Below are positions 46,597-55,866 of a stretch of 64,000 nt of DNA, one piece after another. The stretch is from Gemmatimonadota bacterium (lineage in GTDB: Bacteria; Gemmatimonadota; Gemmatimonadetes; Palauibacterales; KS3-K002). A program made the position numbers and the translations under genes. Below the pieces are notes generated by a model. That model did no database searches. It was not told the origin of the DNA and saw only the letters and a list, made by a program, of their open reading frames with translations. The DNA is taken from contig JBDHJS010000016.1 of assembly GCA_039586795.1 (NCBI GenBank), positions 64,001 to 128,000 of the forward strand, written 5' to 3'. The stretch's first letter is position 1. Every line of letters begins with the position of its first letter.

Positions 46597-47610
46597 ATGT
46601 CTAGGAATACGATCGAGGGCATCAAGCCTTACGTTGACAGGAAAGCAGCGGATCGATGCGAGCCGGGCATCTCCCATGCCTACATGGCCAGCCTGGCGAC
46701 GGCTCTCAACCACATCGCCGGTGACCTCGACCCTGCCTGGTTGATGGGCGCCAGTGCGTTCGCCTTTCGGTCGTTCATCAACCAGACCTTTTGTCCCAGC
46801 GCTATGAGCATCTCCGACTGGTCGGTGCTGCCGGAAGCCGTCGAGCAGGCAGGATACCACTGCGTGTATATCGAGCGGTTGTGGAACCAGGAAGAACTGG
46901 AGCAGGAACGGCGCGAGCAGGCACAAGCCGCTATCATCGAGGGGACCGAGAGGGGCTCCGGCGCCGTCGTTTGGGATGTATACGATGACGATTGGGGACT
47001 CATCGTCGGATACAGCGACAAGAAGAAGCGGTACGCGACGTTGTCGGTCGAAGGCAAGAGTTCGACCCTGGCGTATGATCGACTCGGACGGAACGGTATC
47101 GACATACTTTCTGTGGCGATCCCCGGCGAGCCCAACGACCGGGGCCGCGATCAGATCGCGATCAACTCGCTCAAAGCTGCGGTCGCCCATGCGGAGGGTA
47201 AGGAGTGGACGGAGCGGCCAGCCTACGAGAACGGCCTCGCTGGATACGACATGTGGGCCGAGTCTTTCGATAAGTGGGCCCTCATCGTCGGGGCCGGACG
47301 CGGCGAACGACTCCCCAGAGATCTGCCTGACCGGGTACGCTACTACGCCGATGTCCACTATTCGGCACGCTGCTATGCCCGGGATTATCTGCGGGAACTT
47401 GCAGCTGACGATGGCGCTTTACAAGAGGCAGCGTCTTGCTACGAGCAGGTAGCATCCTGCTTGAGACCGGTATGGGAGCAGAGTCCGGAAGTGCCGCGAC
47501 CTGACGCCGAACTCTTGCGCGAGTTGGCGGATGCCCTGCGCAGTACCCGGGTCGCGGAAGAGAATGGGGTCACGCGGATCAAGGAATACCTCGCCGCGCA
47601 TGGCAACTGA
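46597..47610 (+). CDS. Hypothetical protein, possibly BtrH N-terminal/papain-like fold
   Basis: GGAGG RBS; WLMGASAFAF, DWGLIVGY, NGLAGYDMW motifs. Confidence 0.7.
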   Translation: MSRNTIEGIKPYVDRKAADRCEPGISHAYMASLATALNHIAGDLDPAWLMGASAFAFRSFINQTFCPSAMSISDWSVLPEAVEQAGYHCVYIERLWNQEELEQERREQAQAAIIEGTERGSGAVVWDVYDDDWGLIVGYSDKKKRYATLSVEGKSSTLAYDRLGRNGIDILSVAIPGEPNDRGRDQIAINSLKAAVAHAEGKEWTERPAYENGLAGYDMWAESFDKWALIVGAGRGERLPRDLPDRVRYYADVHYSARCYARDYLRELAADDGALQEAASCYEQVASCLRPVWEQSPEVPRPDAELLRELADALRSTRVAEENGVTRIKEYLAAHGN

Positions 47611-47619
47611 GCTGGAGAG

Positions 47620-48165
47620 ATGAACGAAAAGAGTCCGACCGAGATCGCAACCCTGGGTGGTGGTTGCTTCTGGTGTCTAGAGGCCGCCTTCGAACAGTTG
47701 CAGGGTGTTCGCGGAGTCCAATCCGGCTACTCGGGAGGCGCGCGCCCCAACCCGACCTACGAGCAGGTCTGCAGCGGAGCGACGGGCCACGCGGAGGTCG
47801 TGCAGGTCGAGTTCGACACCGATACGATCTCATTCCGCGACATACTGGAAGTCTTCTTCACGATCCACGACCCGACCACACTCAATCGTCAGGGCGCTGA
47901 TGTCGGGACGCAATACAGGTCGGTTATCTTCTATCACACGCCCGAGCAGAAAGCCGCGGCAGAGGGATTGATCGGTGAATTGCAGGAGGCGGGCGTGTTC
48001 GCTGATCCGATCGTCACCGAAATCACCTCCCTCGATGCCTTCTATCCGGCGGAGCACTACCACGACGAATACTTTAGAAGAAACCCACAGCAGCCTTACT
48101 GCCAGGTCGTCATCTCCCCAAAACTCGCCAAGCTAAGGGAGAAATTCGCTGATCGTCTGAAATAG
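47620..48165 (+). CDS. msrA: Peptide methionine sulfoxide reductase MsrA
   Basis: GGGCFWC, YEQVCSGATGHAE, HDPTTLNRQG.DVGTQYRS, AEHYH. Confidence 0.97.
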   Translation: MNEKSPTEIATLGGGCFWCLEAAFEQLQGVRGVQSGYSGGARPNPTYEQVCSGATGHAEVVQVEFDTDTISFRDILEVFFTIHDPTTLNRQGADVGTQYRSVIFYHTPEQKAAAEGLIGELQEAGVFADPIVTEITSLDAFYPAEHYHDEYFRRNPQQPYCQVVISPKLAKLREKFADRLK

Positions 48166-48178
48166 CGTCTATCCGGGC

Positions 48179-49645
48179 CTAACTCCCGCTGCGCAATTGC
48201 TCCTTTATCCTTGCCAACATCGCCCGACCATTTGTGTTGTCTGGATTCAGCTCCAACGACTTTTCGTAGTAGACGATCGCCGCCTCCAATTGGCCCGCTC
48301 GCATGAACGCCTCTCCCAGCGAATCGTATGGATTCCACGCGTCCGGATACTCGTCTACATTCAGCTTGAAGATATCGATTGCCTCCCCGAACCTCTCCTC
48401 GCCAAGGAGATTATAGCCCAGACTGTTGAGGACGTATTCGTCGAACGCCTCGGCCGGCGACGACCTCTTCAGGTCGTAGTACTCTTCGATCGCCGCCTTC
48501 ACACCCCTGGCCTCGATCGTGCGCCACAGAGCGGCTCGCGTCAGCCGCGTTGGCGCGTTGTACTGCTCGTACCCCAGCCACTCGGCGGCGGGGTGCTCAC
48601 CGCCGACCGTCGCGGCGAGCAGTCCCTCCAAAATCATCTGGCCATTCTCGCTATTGGTGAACCAGACCATGCCGACGCCGCGCTCTGGGTAGGCCAGTGT
48701 GTAGGCCTTGTAGCCCGTGTTGTCGCCCCAGTGCCAGAATCCCCGACCGTACTCGTTGTCCTGTAGCCCGATCCCCAGACCCCAGGTCAACCCCGTGTCG
48801 ACCTCCACCTGCGGCGTCAGGTACGCGAGGGCGAGGGTGTCGGAGAGTAGTTCACCCTGCATCGCGGCATGGATGAATCGCGCGAAATCCGACGCCGTCG
48901 TGTGCAGCGAGGCCGCGGCATTGCCGCGCCCGGCGCGGGGCCGGTACTTCCGGCCTACGCTACCTTCGTCGTCATGGGGCATCGCCACTCGCTCCTCGAA
49001 CCGGCTTTCCCAGATGTAGCCGCTCGACGTCATGCCCAGAGGCTCGAAGACACGTTGCGCCACCAGTTCTTGAAGCGTCTGATCGGTGATGTCCATCACC
49101 GCCATCTGCAGGTAGACGAACCCTTCGCCTGAATAGCTGAACTCCGAGCCGGGATCGAAATTGATGGTGAGTTCGCCACCTCGGGGTCGCCAATTGGGAA
49201 AGCCCGGCGTGTGCGAGAGGATCATGCGGGGCGTGATGAGTCGGAAACGTTCGTCCTCGACGTAGTCGTAGTCCCAATACTCGACGATGGGGCGGTCGAG
49301 ATCCAGCAAGCCCTCGTCAACCAGCTGGAGTACGGCGTAGGCAAAGACGGGCTTGCTGAGGGACGCTGCCTCGAACACCGAATTCTCGTCCACCGGCTCC
49401 CCGGTTTCCACGCTTCTGACGCCAAAGCCTTTGGCCCAAGCGATCCCGCTGTCATTCACGATCGCGATGGACAACCCGGTCACCGATCCGCTGTCCATCA
49501 AGGAGGGGATCACCGAATCGAGTTCGGCTAACCGATCTTGCTGAGACAGAGTATCGACGCGGTCCGGTTGCGGCGTCTGCTGTGTGCACGCCAGCACGGA
49601 GGTGGAGAGGAGAATCGGAAGCGCATATCGAATACAGTTCATCAT
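48179..49645 (-). CDS. Serine hydrolase (class C beta-lactamase fold) lipoprotein with C-terminal TPR
   Basis: LAC lipobox, AASLSK (SxxK), FSYSGEG, HWGDN, NPYDSLGEA TPR. Confidence 0.92.
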   Translation of the reverse strand: MMNCIRYALPILLSTSVLACTQQTPQPDRVDTLSQQDRLAELDSVIPSLMDSGSVTGLSIAIVNDSGIAWAKGFGVRSVETGEPVDENSVFEAASLSKPVFAYAVLQLVDEGLLDLDRPIVEYWDYDYVEDERFRLITPRMILSHTPGFPNWRPRGGELTINFDPGSEFSYSGEGFVYLQMAVMDITDQTLQELVAQRVFEPLGMTSSGYIWESRFEERVAMPHDDEGSVGRKYRPRAGRGNAAASLHTTASDFARFIHAAMQGELLSDTLALAYLTPQVEVDTGLTWGLGIGLQDNEYGRGFWHWGDNTGYKAYTLAYPERGVGMVWFTNSENGQMILEGLLAATVGGEHPAAEWLGYEQYNAPTRLTRAALWRTIEARGVKAAIEEYYDLKRSSPAEAFDEYVLNSLGYNLLGEERFGEAIDIFKLNVDEYPDAWNPYDSLGEAFMRAGQLEAAIVYYEKSLELNPDNTNGRAMLARIKEQLRSGS

Positions 49646-49803
49646 GAAATAGCTCCAAGCAATTTGAGCGGTGGGGCTCATTCGTTTGGATGCGCGGCTT
49701 GGCGGAATCGTTGTAGGGTCGAGCGCTACCGCCTCACAACGTTTCCTCCGTATACTCCATCCTATCGGAAGTAGGCACCTGACGATAACAGCTGGGGGGG
49801 ACC

Positions 49804-51027
49804 ATGCGCTTCGATTCCGTTGCGGTTGCGACTGTCGCAATCACTGTTGCTGTGCAAGCCGGGATCGCACAGGAGCTGCCTTTTGATTCGCTTCTCAGGG
49901 CTCATAGCCATGAGCTGACGATACAGGCTGGCCGCCTCGAAGGGCCCGGACACGACCTTCTCTTGGAAGGGGCTCGCGGCGCCCAATTCTTCACAATCGC
50001 GGAGGAGCACAATCTCCGGGAGCTGAACCAGCTGACCACGCTCCTCTTCTCGGAATTGCATGATCAGTTCGGCTTCCGGTACCTGGCGCTGGAAACGGGA
50101 TCCGTCATCGCCTCCTGGCTGGGCGATGATAGCCGCAGGGGAGACCTGGCCGCCATCGCCGCCCTCGTGGGCAGGTACCCGGTCGCGCCGACGTTCGCCA
50201 CCGATGAGGAACTGGAGTTGATCGCCGCGGTGGGAGCGATCTCGTCCGCTGCCACGAACCCGATCTGGGGCGTAGATCAGGAATTCGGCGCCCTTCACAT
50301 CCTTGAACGCCTTGCCCAACTCGCGCCATCAGAGGAAGCCCAGGCGCGCTGCGAAGCACTGGCCGAACAGGCCAGGCCATATGATGAAGACCGTACGCAC
50401 GATACGCACTACGTGTCGCAGGTTGCCACGCCGGCTGCGTACAGCGATCTGGAGGCGCTATTCCAGCCAACGCCGGGCAGCGAAACCGATTTGCTCATCC
50501 AGGCGCTCCAGAGGACTCTGCGGATCTACCACAACTACTTCCTCTCGACGCAAGGTCAGCCGACTGCCTACGAGAACGGGCGTGAGCGGGAAGAGAGCAT
50601 GAAGCTGCGATTCATGGAGTCGTACAACCGTGCACGGGTTGCGGGCGATAGCCTGCCGCGCGTGCTGGCGAAGCTAGGTCACTGGCACACACTCCGAGGA
50701 TTCGCGCGGTCGAATGTCCTCACGCTTGGCAACTTTCTTTCGGAGTTTGCCATCGCCAATGGGATGCGAGATTTCATCGTCTCGACGTATGTGGTCGAGA
50801 GTCCGGAAGCCTGGCGGAATACACGAGGGCCGCTTGCGGCCGCGGCGGGGGAAGGTCAGTTCACGGTCGTCGATCTCCGGCCGCTCAGGCCCTATGCACA
50901 TCAGGGGAAGATCGCCGATCTCAGCGATGGGTACCGAAGATTGATCTTCCGGGCGGACGCCGCGCTAATCGTCCGGGGCGGCCAGACGGGCAGCTACGAC
51001 ATCGCCCGCGGTGGTGGCGGTAGCTAG
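49804..51027 (+). CDS. Exported protein, erythromycin esterase/TIKI-like fold
   Basis: Signal peptide, IAEEH, LALETG, WGVDQE, REESMK, GHWH pattern. Confidence 0.65.
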   Translation: MRFDSVAVATVAITVAVQAGIAQELPFDSLLRAHSHELTIQAGRLEGPGHDLLLEGARGAQFFTIAEEHNLRELNQLTTLLFSELHDQFGFRYLALETGSVIASWLGDDSRRGDLAAIAALVGRYPVAPTFATDEELELIAAVGAISSAATNPIWGVDQEFGALHILERLAQLAPSEEAQARCEALAEQARPYDEDRTHDTHYVSQVATPAAYSDLEALFQPTPGSETDLLIQALQRTLRIYHNYFLSTQGQPTAYENGREREESMKLRFMESYNRARVAGDSLPRVLAKLGHWHTLRGFARSNVLTLGNFLSEFAIANGMRDFIVSTYVVESPEAWRNTRGPLAAAAGEGQFTVVDLRPLRPYAHQGKIADLSDGYRRLIFRADAALIVRGGQTGSYDIARGGGGS

Positions 51028-51037
51028 ATGGGCTTAG

Positions 51038-52141
51038 CTAGCCGATCTCGACCCGAGCTTTGCCCAGAACATCCAGGCGCGGCGTGATGCCCAACCCGGC
51101 GTTCGTGGAAGCGCTCAAGCGCCCACCTTGCCGCTGCGGCGCGCCCTCGGCGATGCTCACTGTGACGTAGCTGTTGAAATCCGTGGCGGTGAACAGGAAC
51201 TCCGGCGGCGTGCTGTGGGCCAGGTGGGCGATCGCCGCCGTGACGATGTCGCCGCCCCAGCTGTCCTCGATGGTCATGGCGATTCCCAGCTCGACGCACA
51301 GGTCACGCGCCTGTCGCGCCTTGGTAAGGCCGCCGAACTTGCTGATCTTGATGTTCACTACATCCATAGCCTGGTCAGCGTGCCCGCGGAGCAGGATCGG
51401 GATCCCGTCGATGTTCTCGTCCAGCACGAACGGGTGATCGGTTCTTCGGCGGATCGACAGACACTCCTCATAGGTAAGGCAGGGCTGCTCGATGTAGACA
51501 TCGATGTCCCGGACGCCGCGCACGACTCGAACCGCCTCGTGTTTTAGCCATCCCGTATTCGCGTCCGCTACCAGTATGTCGCCGGGTTCCAGCACATCGC
51601 CCACAGCGCATATCCGCGCGATATCGGTTTCTACGTCGCTTCCCACCTTCAATTGGAAACGCCGATAACCCTCGGCGCGGTAGCCTGCCACGTTCTTCGC
51701 CATCGACTCTGGCTCACCCTGCGATATCGCTCTGTAGAGCACAAAATCTTCACCGTAGCGCCCACCCAGCAGCTCGCAGACCGGAAGCCCGGAGACCTGG
51801 CCCAGGATATCCCAACACGCCATGTCGACGGCGGATTTCACGTAGGGGTGCCCCAGCAATGCTCGGTCCATCATCCGGTTCAAGCGTCCAAGCTGGGTCG
51901 GATCCTCGCCGATTAGGTGTGGCCCCAGCTCGGCGATACCGGCCCGGGCTCCCGCTGCGTAGGCCGGGAGATAAAACGGACCCAGCGGGCAGACCTCGCC
52001 GTGGCCGATCACGCCCTCGTCGGTCTCGACGCGGACGACCGTGCTGTCGAACACTTCTACCGATTTGCCGCCTGACCACTTGTAACTGCCCTCGTGCAGT
52101 GGGAGGTCGACCTGATACGCGGCGATCCGGGTGATCTTCAT
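51038..52141 (-). CDS. Enolase superfamily (MR/MLE) enzyme, cis-3-hydroxy-L-proline dehydratase-like
   Basis: [51 protein letters not shown]. Confidence 0.88.
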   Translation of the reverse strand: MKITRIAAYQVDLPLHEGSYKWSGGKSVEVFDSTVVRVETDEGVIGHGEVCPLGPFYLPAYAAGARAGIAELGPHLIGEDPTQLGRLNRMMDRALLGHPYVKSAVDMACWDILGQVSGLPVCELLGGRYGEDFVLYRAISQGEPESMAKNVAGYRAEGYRRFQLKVGSDVETDIARICAVGDVLEPGDILVADANTGWLKHEAVRVVRGVRDIDVYIEQPCLTYEECLSIRRRTDHPFVLDENIDGIPILLRGHADQAMDVVNIKISKFGGLTKARQARDLCVELGIAMTIEDSWGGDIVTAAIAHLAHSTPPEFLFTATDFNSYVTVSIAEGAPQRQGGRLSASTNAGLGITPRLDVLGKARVEIG

Positions 52142-52346
52142 TGGCACTCCCTTGTGGCTGGGCTACTCAACGGCTCGTCCATACGGGACGCTAAGATGCC
52201 GGGGCCACACAAGCTAGCCCGGGGCGAAGACGAATCTGGTCGCCAGCGGGAACAGCAGTTAGCTTGTTTCGCTTTAACACGGTAAAACGTACGGCAGCCG
52301 AGGCGGAGTCCGCCGCCCGAGCAGCCGGCATACGGGAGCCTATTGC

Positions 52347-53144
52347 ATGCGCAAGCTAGCCGCAGAGGGATGGCATCGGCCATCCATAGTGCCGATCGCC
52401 GCACTCGTGTCACTGGCCCTGGCGGGGTGCCGGTACGAGTCGGAGGAAGAAGTATCGACGCCACCGCCGCCACCGCCGATCGAAGAGTTGGCGCCTCCGG
52501 AGGAAGTACTGGGTCGCATGGTCGATTTCATGATGGCGCAGCGGGACTTCTCGTTCCAAGCGTTCGTCACGTACGAGGCGGTTCAGGACGACGGCCAAAT
52601 AATCCACTTCGATATGGTCCAGATCGGGAAGGTGAGCCGGCCGGACCGCATGTTCTGGGCGGTCCTCTACGATGATGCCAGCGTCGATAGCGCGTGGTTC
52701 GCCGACGGGATTCTGTCGGTCGTCAAACGCCCGGACGATCTCTACACTCAGCTTGACACGCCGGACAATCTCGCCGGTATGGTCGACTTTGCGGACGACT
52801 TCGCACTCGTGGTGCCGTTCGCCGACATCCTGCGTGGTAACGCAAAGGAACTCTTTCTGTCAGAATCAGAATCGTCGATCAACGTCGGACAGGCCTGGGT
52901 CGATGGTGTTTGGACGGATCACATCGCCGTCCGTAAGGCGGACGTCGATATCGAGGTCTGGGTTCGCAGCGAAGGCGACCCGGTGCCTGTAAAGCTGGCG
53001 ATCATCTACAAGCTGGAGGAAGGTGCGCCTAGTTTCCTGGGTCGCATGCGTGGCTGGGACTTCACGCCGAACTTCGACGAATCGACCTTCACGTTCGCTG
53101 TACCACAGGATGCCGATCCAGTCGAGGTCGCCCCGGTCCACTGA
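52347..53144 (+). CDS. DUF2092 (LolA-like fold) lipoprotein
   Basis: AGC lipobox, SRPDRM, PFADIL, DIEVWV..GDPVPVKLAI, FTFAVP. Confidence 0.8.
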   Translation: MRKLAAEGWHRPSIVPIAALVSLALAGCRYESEEEVSTPPPPPPIEELAPPEEVLGRMVDFMMAQRDFSFQAFVTYEAVQDDGQIIHFDMVQIGKVSRPDRMFWAVLYDDASVDSAWFADGILSVVKRPDDLYTQLDTPDNLAGMVDFADDFALVVPFADILRGNAKELFLSESESSINVGQAWVDGVWTDHIAVRKADVDIEVWVRSEGDPVPVKLAIIYKLEEGAPSFLGRMRGWDFTPNFDESTFTFAVPQDADPVEVAPVH

Positions 53145-53186
53145 CGCGGGAATGGCCGTGAATAGACCGTATAACGGAGGTTCTAG

Positions 53187-54359
53187 ATGAAGGCCGTCAG
53201 CCGTTCAATCGTGTACGTGCTGCTCGTCGCGCAGGTCGGGATGATCGTGCTGCCGACCGTGGCCCATGCTCAGCGCCGGGGTGGCGGGGGCAGCAAGGGT
53301 AGAACTTCAAGCGTCAACCGCAGCAGCCCCGCGCGTTCGGGCTCGGCGCATACTCGGAATCGGAGCAGTGCGAGTCGCAGCAGCGCCAGCCGCAGCAGCG
53401 CCCATCGCACCAGCGCGAGCCGCGGCACGCGCACGACCAGGGCCCGACGAAACACGCCACGACGTACGACTCGGCGACGCTCCACTCGCCGGACACGCCA
53501 CGCCTATCGCGCTGGCTTTCGGCGCGGTTACCGGCACGGTCGCTGGTGGCATCATCGCTACTGGCATCACCGTCGCTGGTACTGGGGTTGGTGGGTCGGT
53601 GCGCTGTTTGTCACCGCGGCCGCCTTCACGGTGATCGTCAGCAGTTCCAGCAGCTCCCAAGAAGCGCAGGCATCGGGTACCACGTACTACTACATCGATG
53701 GAAAGTGGTACAAGCAGACCGTCCATGACGGCCAGTCCGGCTACATCGAGTGCGTCGGTCCTCCTGGCTTCGAAGTGGAGAGCATCCCCGAGGACGCGGC
53801 CGTCGTCGTCTACGAAGACCAGACGTATTACAGCGCCAACGGCACGTTCTACGTCAAGCAGCAGAAGGACGGCAAGGAAGTCTACGTCGTCGTCGATGCG
53901 CCCCCCGGCGCCGTCGTCCCGGCTATTCCGGAGGAGGCGGTAGCCCACGATGAGGGCGACGAAGATCTGTACCAGTACGACGAGACCTTCTACAAAGAGA
54001 ATGAAGAAGACGAGGGCTATGTCGTTCAGCCGCCACCTCCCCAGGAAGAGGTGTCAGAGATCCCCGATGACGCCACGTCCTTCGTCGCCGACGGCGAGAC
54101 GTTCTACTACTATGAGAACGCGTTGTACGTCCAGTACGAGGAGGAAGACGGCACGACGGGCTACGTGAACGCGGAGCCCGATCTAGATGCGGAAGTCGAC
54201 CAGCTGCCCGAAGGCGCCACCATCATCAACGAGGATGGCGTGACCTACTACCAATTCGATACTGTCTTCTTCGAAGAGGTCTACGATGAAGAGGGCGCAC
54301 GCTACTATGTGGTGATCGCACCGCCGGATGGATCAGAGGTTGTAGAACTGGAGGAGTGA
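53187..54359 (+). CDS. DUF6515-like exported protein with Arg-rich N-terminus and five acidic Tyr-rich repeats
   Basis: GGAGG RBS; signal peptide AHA-Q; YYYIDGKWY...PPG..V..IP repeats. Confidence 0.8.
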   Translation: MKAVSRSIVYVLLVAQVGMIVLPTVAHAQRRGGGGSKGRTSSVNRSSPARSGSAHTRNRSSASRSSASRSSAHRTSASRGTRTTRARRNTPRRTTRRRSTRRTRHAYRAGFRRGYRHGRWWHHRYWHHRRWYWGWWVGALFVTAAAFTVIVSSSSSSQEAQASGTTYYYIDGKWYKQTVHDGQSGYIECVGPPGFEVESIPEDAAVVVYEDQTYYSANGTFYVKQQKDGKEVYVVVDAPPGAVVPAIPEEAVAHDEGDEDLYQYDETFYKENEEDEGYVVQPPPPQEEVSEIPDDATSFVADGETFYYYENALYVQYEEEDGTTGYVNAEPDLDAEVDQLPEGATIINEDGVTYYQFDTVFFEEVYDEEGARYYVVIAPPDGSEVVELEE

Positions 54360-54386
54360 AGCCGGCCCTCACAGCGTTGAAGATCA

Positions 54387-54418
54387 AAGGCCCGGTAGCC
54401 TGATCGGCTCCGGGCCTT
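54387..54418. terminator. Bidirectional terminator-like hairpin between convergent genes
   Basis: AAGGCCCGG-T-AGCC-TGATC-GGCT-CCGGGCCTT. Confidence 0.65.
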
Positions 54419-54422
54419 GCCT

Positions 54423-54911
54423 CTACTCGTCGGGATTCGGCAGCGGGACTGCCGATGTCTCCTTCGACGTCGTCAGCACGATCGAAGAGTTCGTCCGCAC
54501 GACCCCCGGGACCAGGCGCAGCCCGCCGTTGAGCACCCGCTCCAGGTCCTTACTGTCCTTGCACCTCACCTTGAGCAGGTAATCATGAGCGCCGGCGACG
54601 ACGTGGCACTCCTGAACCTCGACCGCCGCCCGGGCCCACCGTAGAAGGTCGTCCTGGTGCATCGGACCCGATATGCTGACAGATACGAAGGCGAGCAGGC
54701 CGTAACCCACCGACTCCGGACTCACCTGCGCCGTGAAACCCTGCAGTACGCCGACCCTTTCGAGCTTTCGTACCCGTTCGGTAACCGACGGCCCGGACAA
54801 CCCAACTTCCGAGGCGAGCTGAGCCCAGGTTATTCTGCCGTCCGCCATCAAGCGGGCGAGCAGTTTGAGATCCAAGTCATCCAAGTCAATTTTCCGTGGT
54901 AAATTAGTCAT
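54423..54911 (-). CDS. Lrp/AsnC family transcriptional regulator
   Basis: LDDLDLKLL, HTH LSGPSVTERVRKLE, ECHVVAGAHDYLLKV; GGAG RBS before ATG 54911. Confidence 0.93.
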   Translation of the reverse strand: MTNLPRKIDLDDLDLKLLARLMADGRITWAQLASEVGLSGPSVTERVRKLERVGVLQGFTAQVSPESVGYGLLAFVSVSISGPMHQDDLLRWARAAVEVQECHVVAGAHDYLLKVRCKDSKDLERVLNGGLRLVPGVVRTNSSIVLTTSKETSAVPLPNPDE

Positions 54912-55098
54912 ACTCCAATATATTCCTTGTTGTTGTAAGTCGCAAGCGATGTCACCAGTATCAGTGGCGGGACGGACCATCCCAATACGCTCATCGCTCA
55001 AGAACCTACGCGCTTCTTCAGAGCGACCAGTCGAGTCGATCCGCTGAGTCTCTTGCGAGAGTAGCTGCCAGGACTCTGTGGGGATGTGCTGTCCGTCG

Positions 55099-55591
55099 CT
55101 AGCCGCTTGCCTCTCTTGGCAACGGCACGGCGCACGTCTCCTTGGACGTTAGCATTGCGATTGTCGATTTGGTCCGAGCCACACCGGCTATGGAACGGAC
55201 TTCCTCCCTCAGGATCCGCTCTAGGTCCTTTGAATCCTTGCAACGGATTCTCAACAGGTAGTCGTAGTCGCCGGCCACAATGTGGTACTCCTGGATTTTC
55301 CGGTGTAGCCGCCGCACGGCGTCGCATCTCCGGATGGTGATTCGGATCGGTCAGCCCCACCGCCACGAAAGCCAGCAGACCGTACCCCACCACCTCCGCG
55401 TAGACTTGCGCGCTGTAACCGTCGATCACTCCAAGGCGCTCGAGCTTGCGCACGCGCTCCGTGACCGAGGGTGCTGAAAGCCTGACTTGGGTGGCCAGCT
55501 GCGCCCAGGTGATCCTGCCATCCTCCATGAGGCGGGTGAGGATCTTGCGATCCAAGTTGTCTAGTCTAACATTCTGCTCGGTCGTAGCCAT
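55099..55591 (-). pseudogene. Lrp/AsnC family regulator with +1 frameshift at 55296-55299
   Basis: HTH half in ORF 54998-55591, RAM half (IQEYHIVAGDYDYLLRI) in ORF 55099-55317; removing one A from CCGGAAAATC restores PEIQE. Confidence 0.85.
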
Positions 55592-55866
55592 GAAATGCGA
55601 TCACCTTTAGAATCATAAGTAGTGAACGAGAAAGCCCCACAATGGCTGTCCCTCACCATCGGAATCATAGTCTCGTTCTTCTCGAGTGGCGTGGCGCCTC
55701 GTTGGAGCCGGGTGAGATCTTTGGAGAAGTGCCGCTCACCGCGACAGGCGGTTTCTCCGATTGGATTCCAACTCTTGGACGCTGTGGGGTGATCCAACCG
55801 GAGTAGCGGAGTACTGAACAGGCATCGGTTCTTCTTGGGATCGTCGGAAGACTGAGGATACAGAAC

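Noticed and set aside
26658..48165. Selenoproteins by UGA read-through, prompted by selA
   Set aside because: trxA (CGPC) and msrA (GCFWC) have Cys codons; I saw no TGA interrupting a recognisable domain
55280..55310. Programmed ribosomal frameshift in the Lrp gene
   Set aside because: No convincing slippery heptamer or stimulatory structure; an indel is simpler
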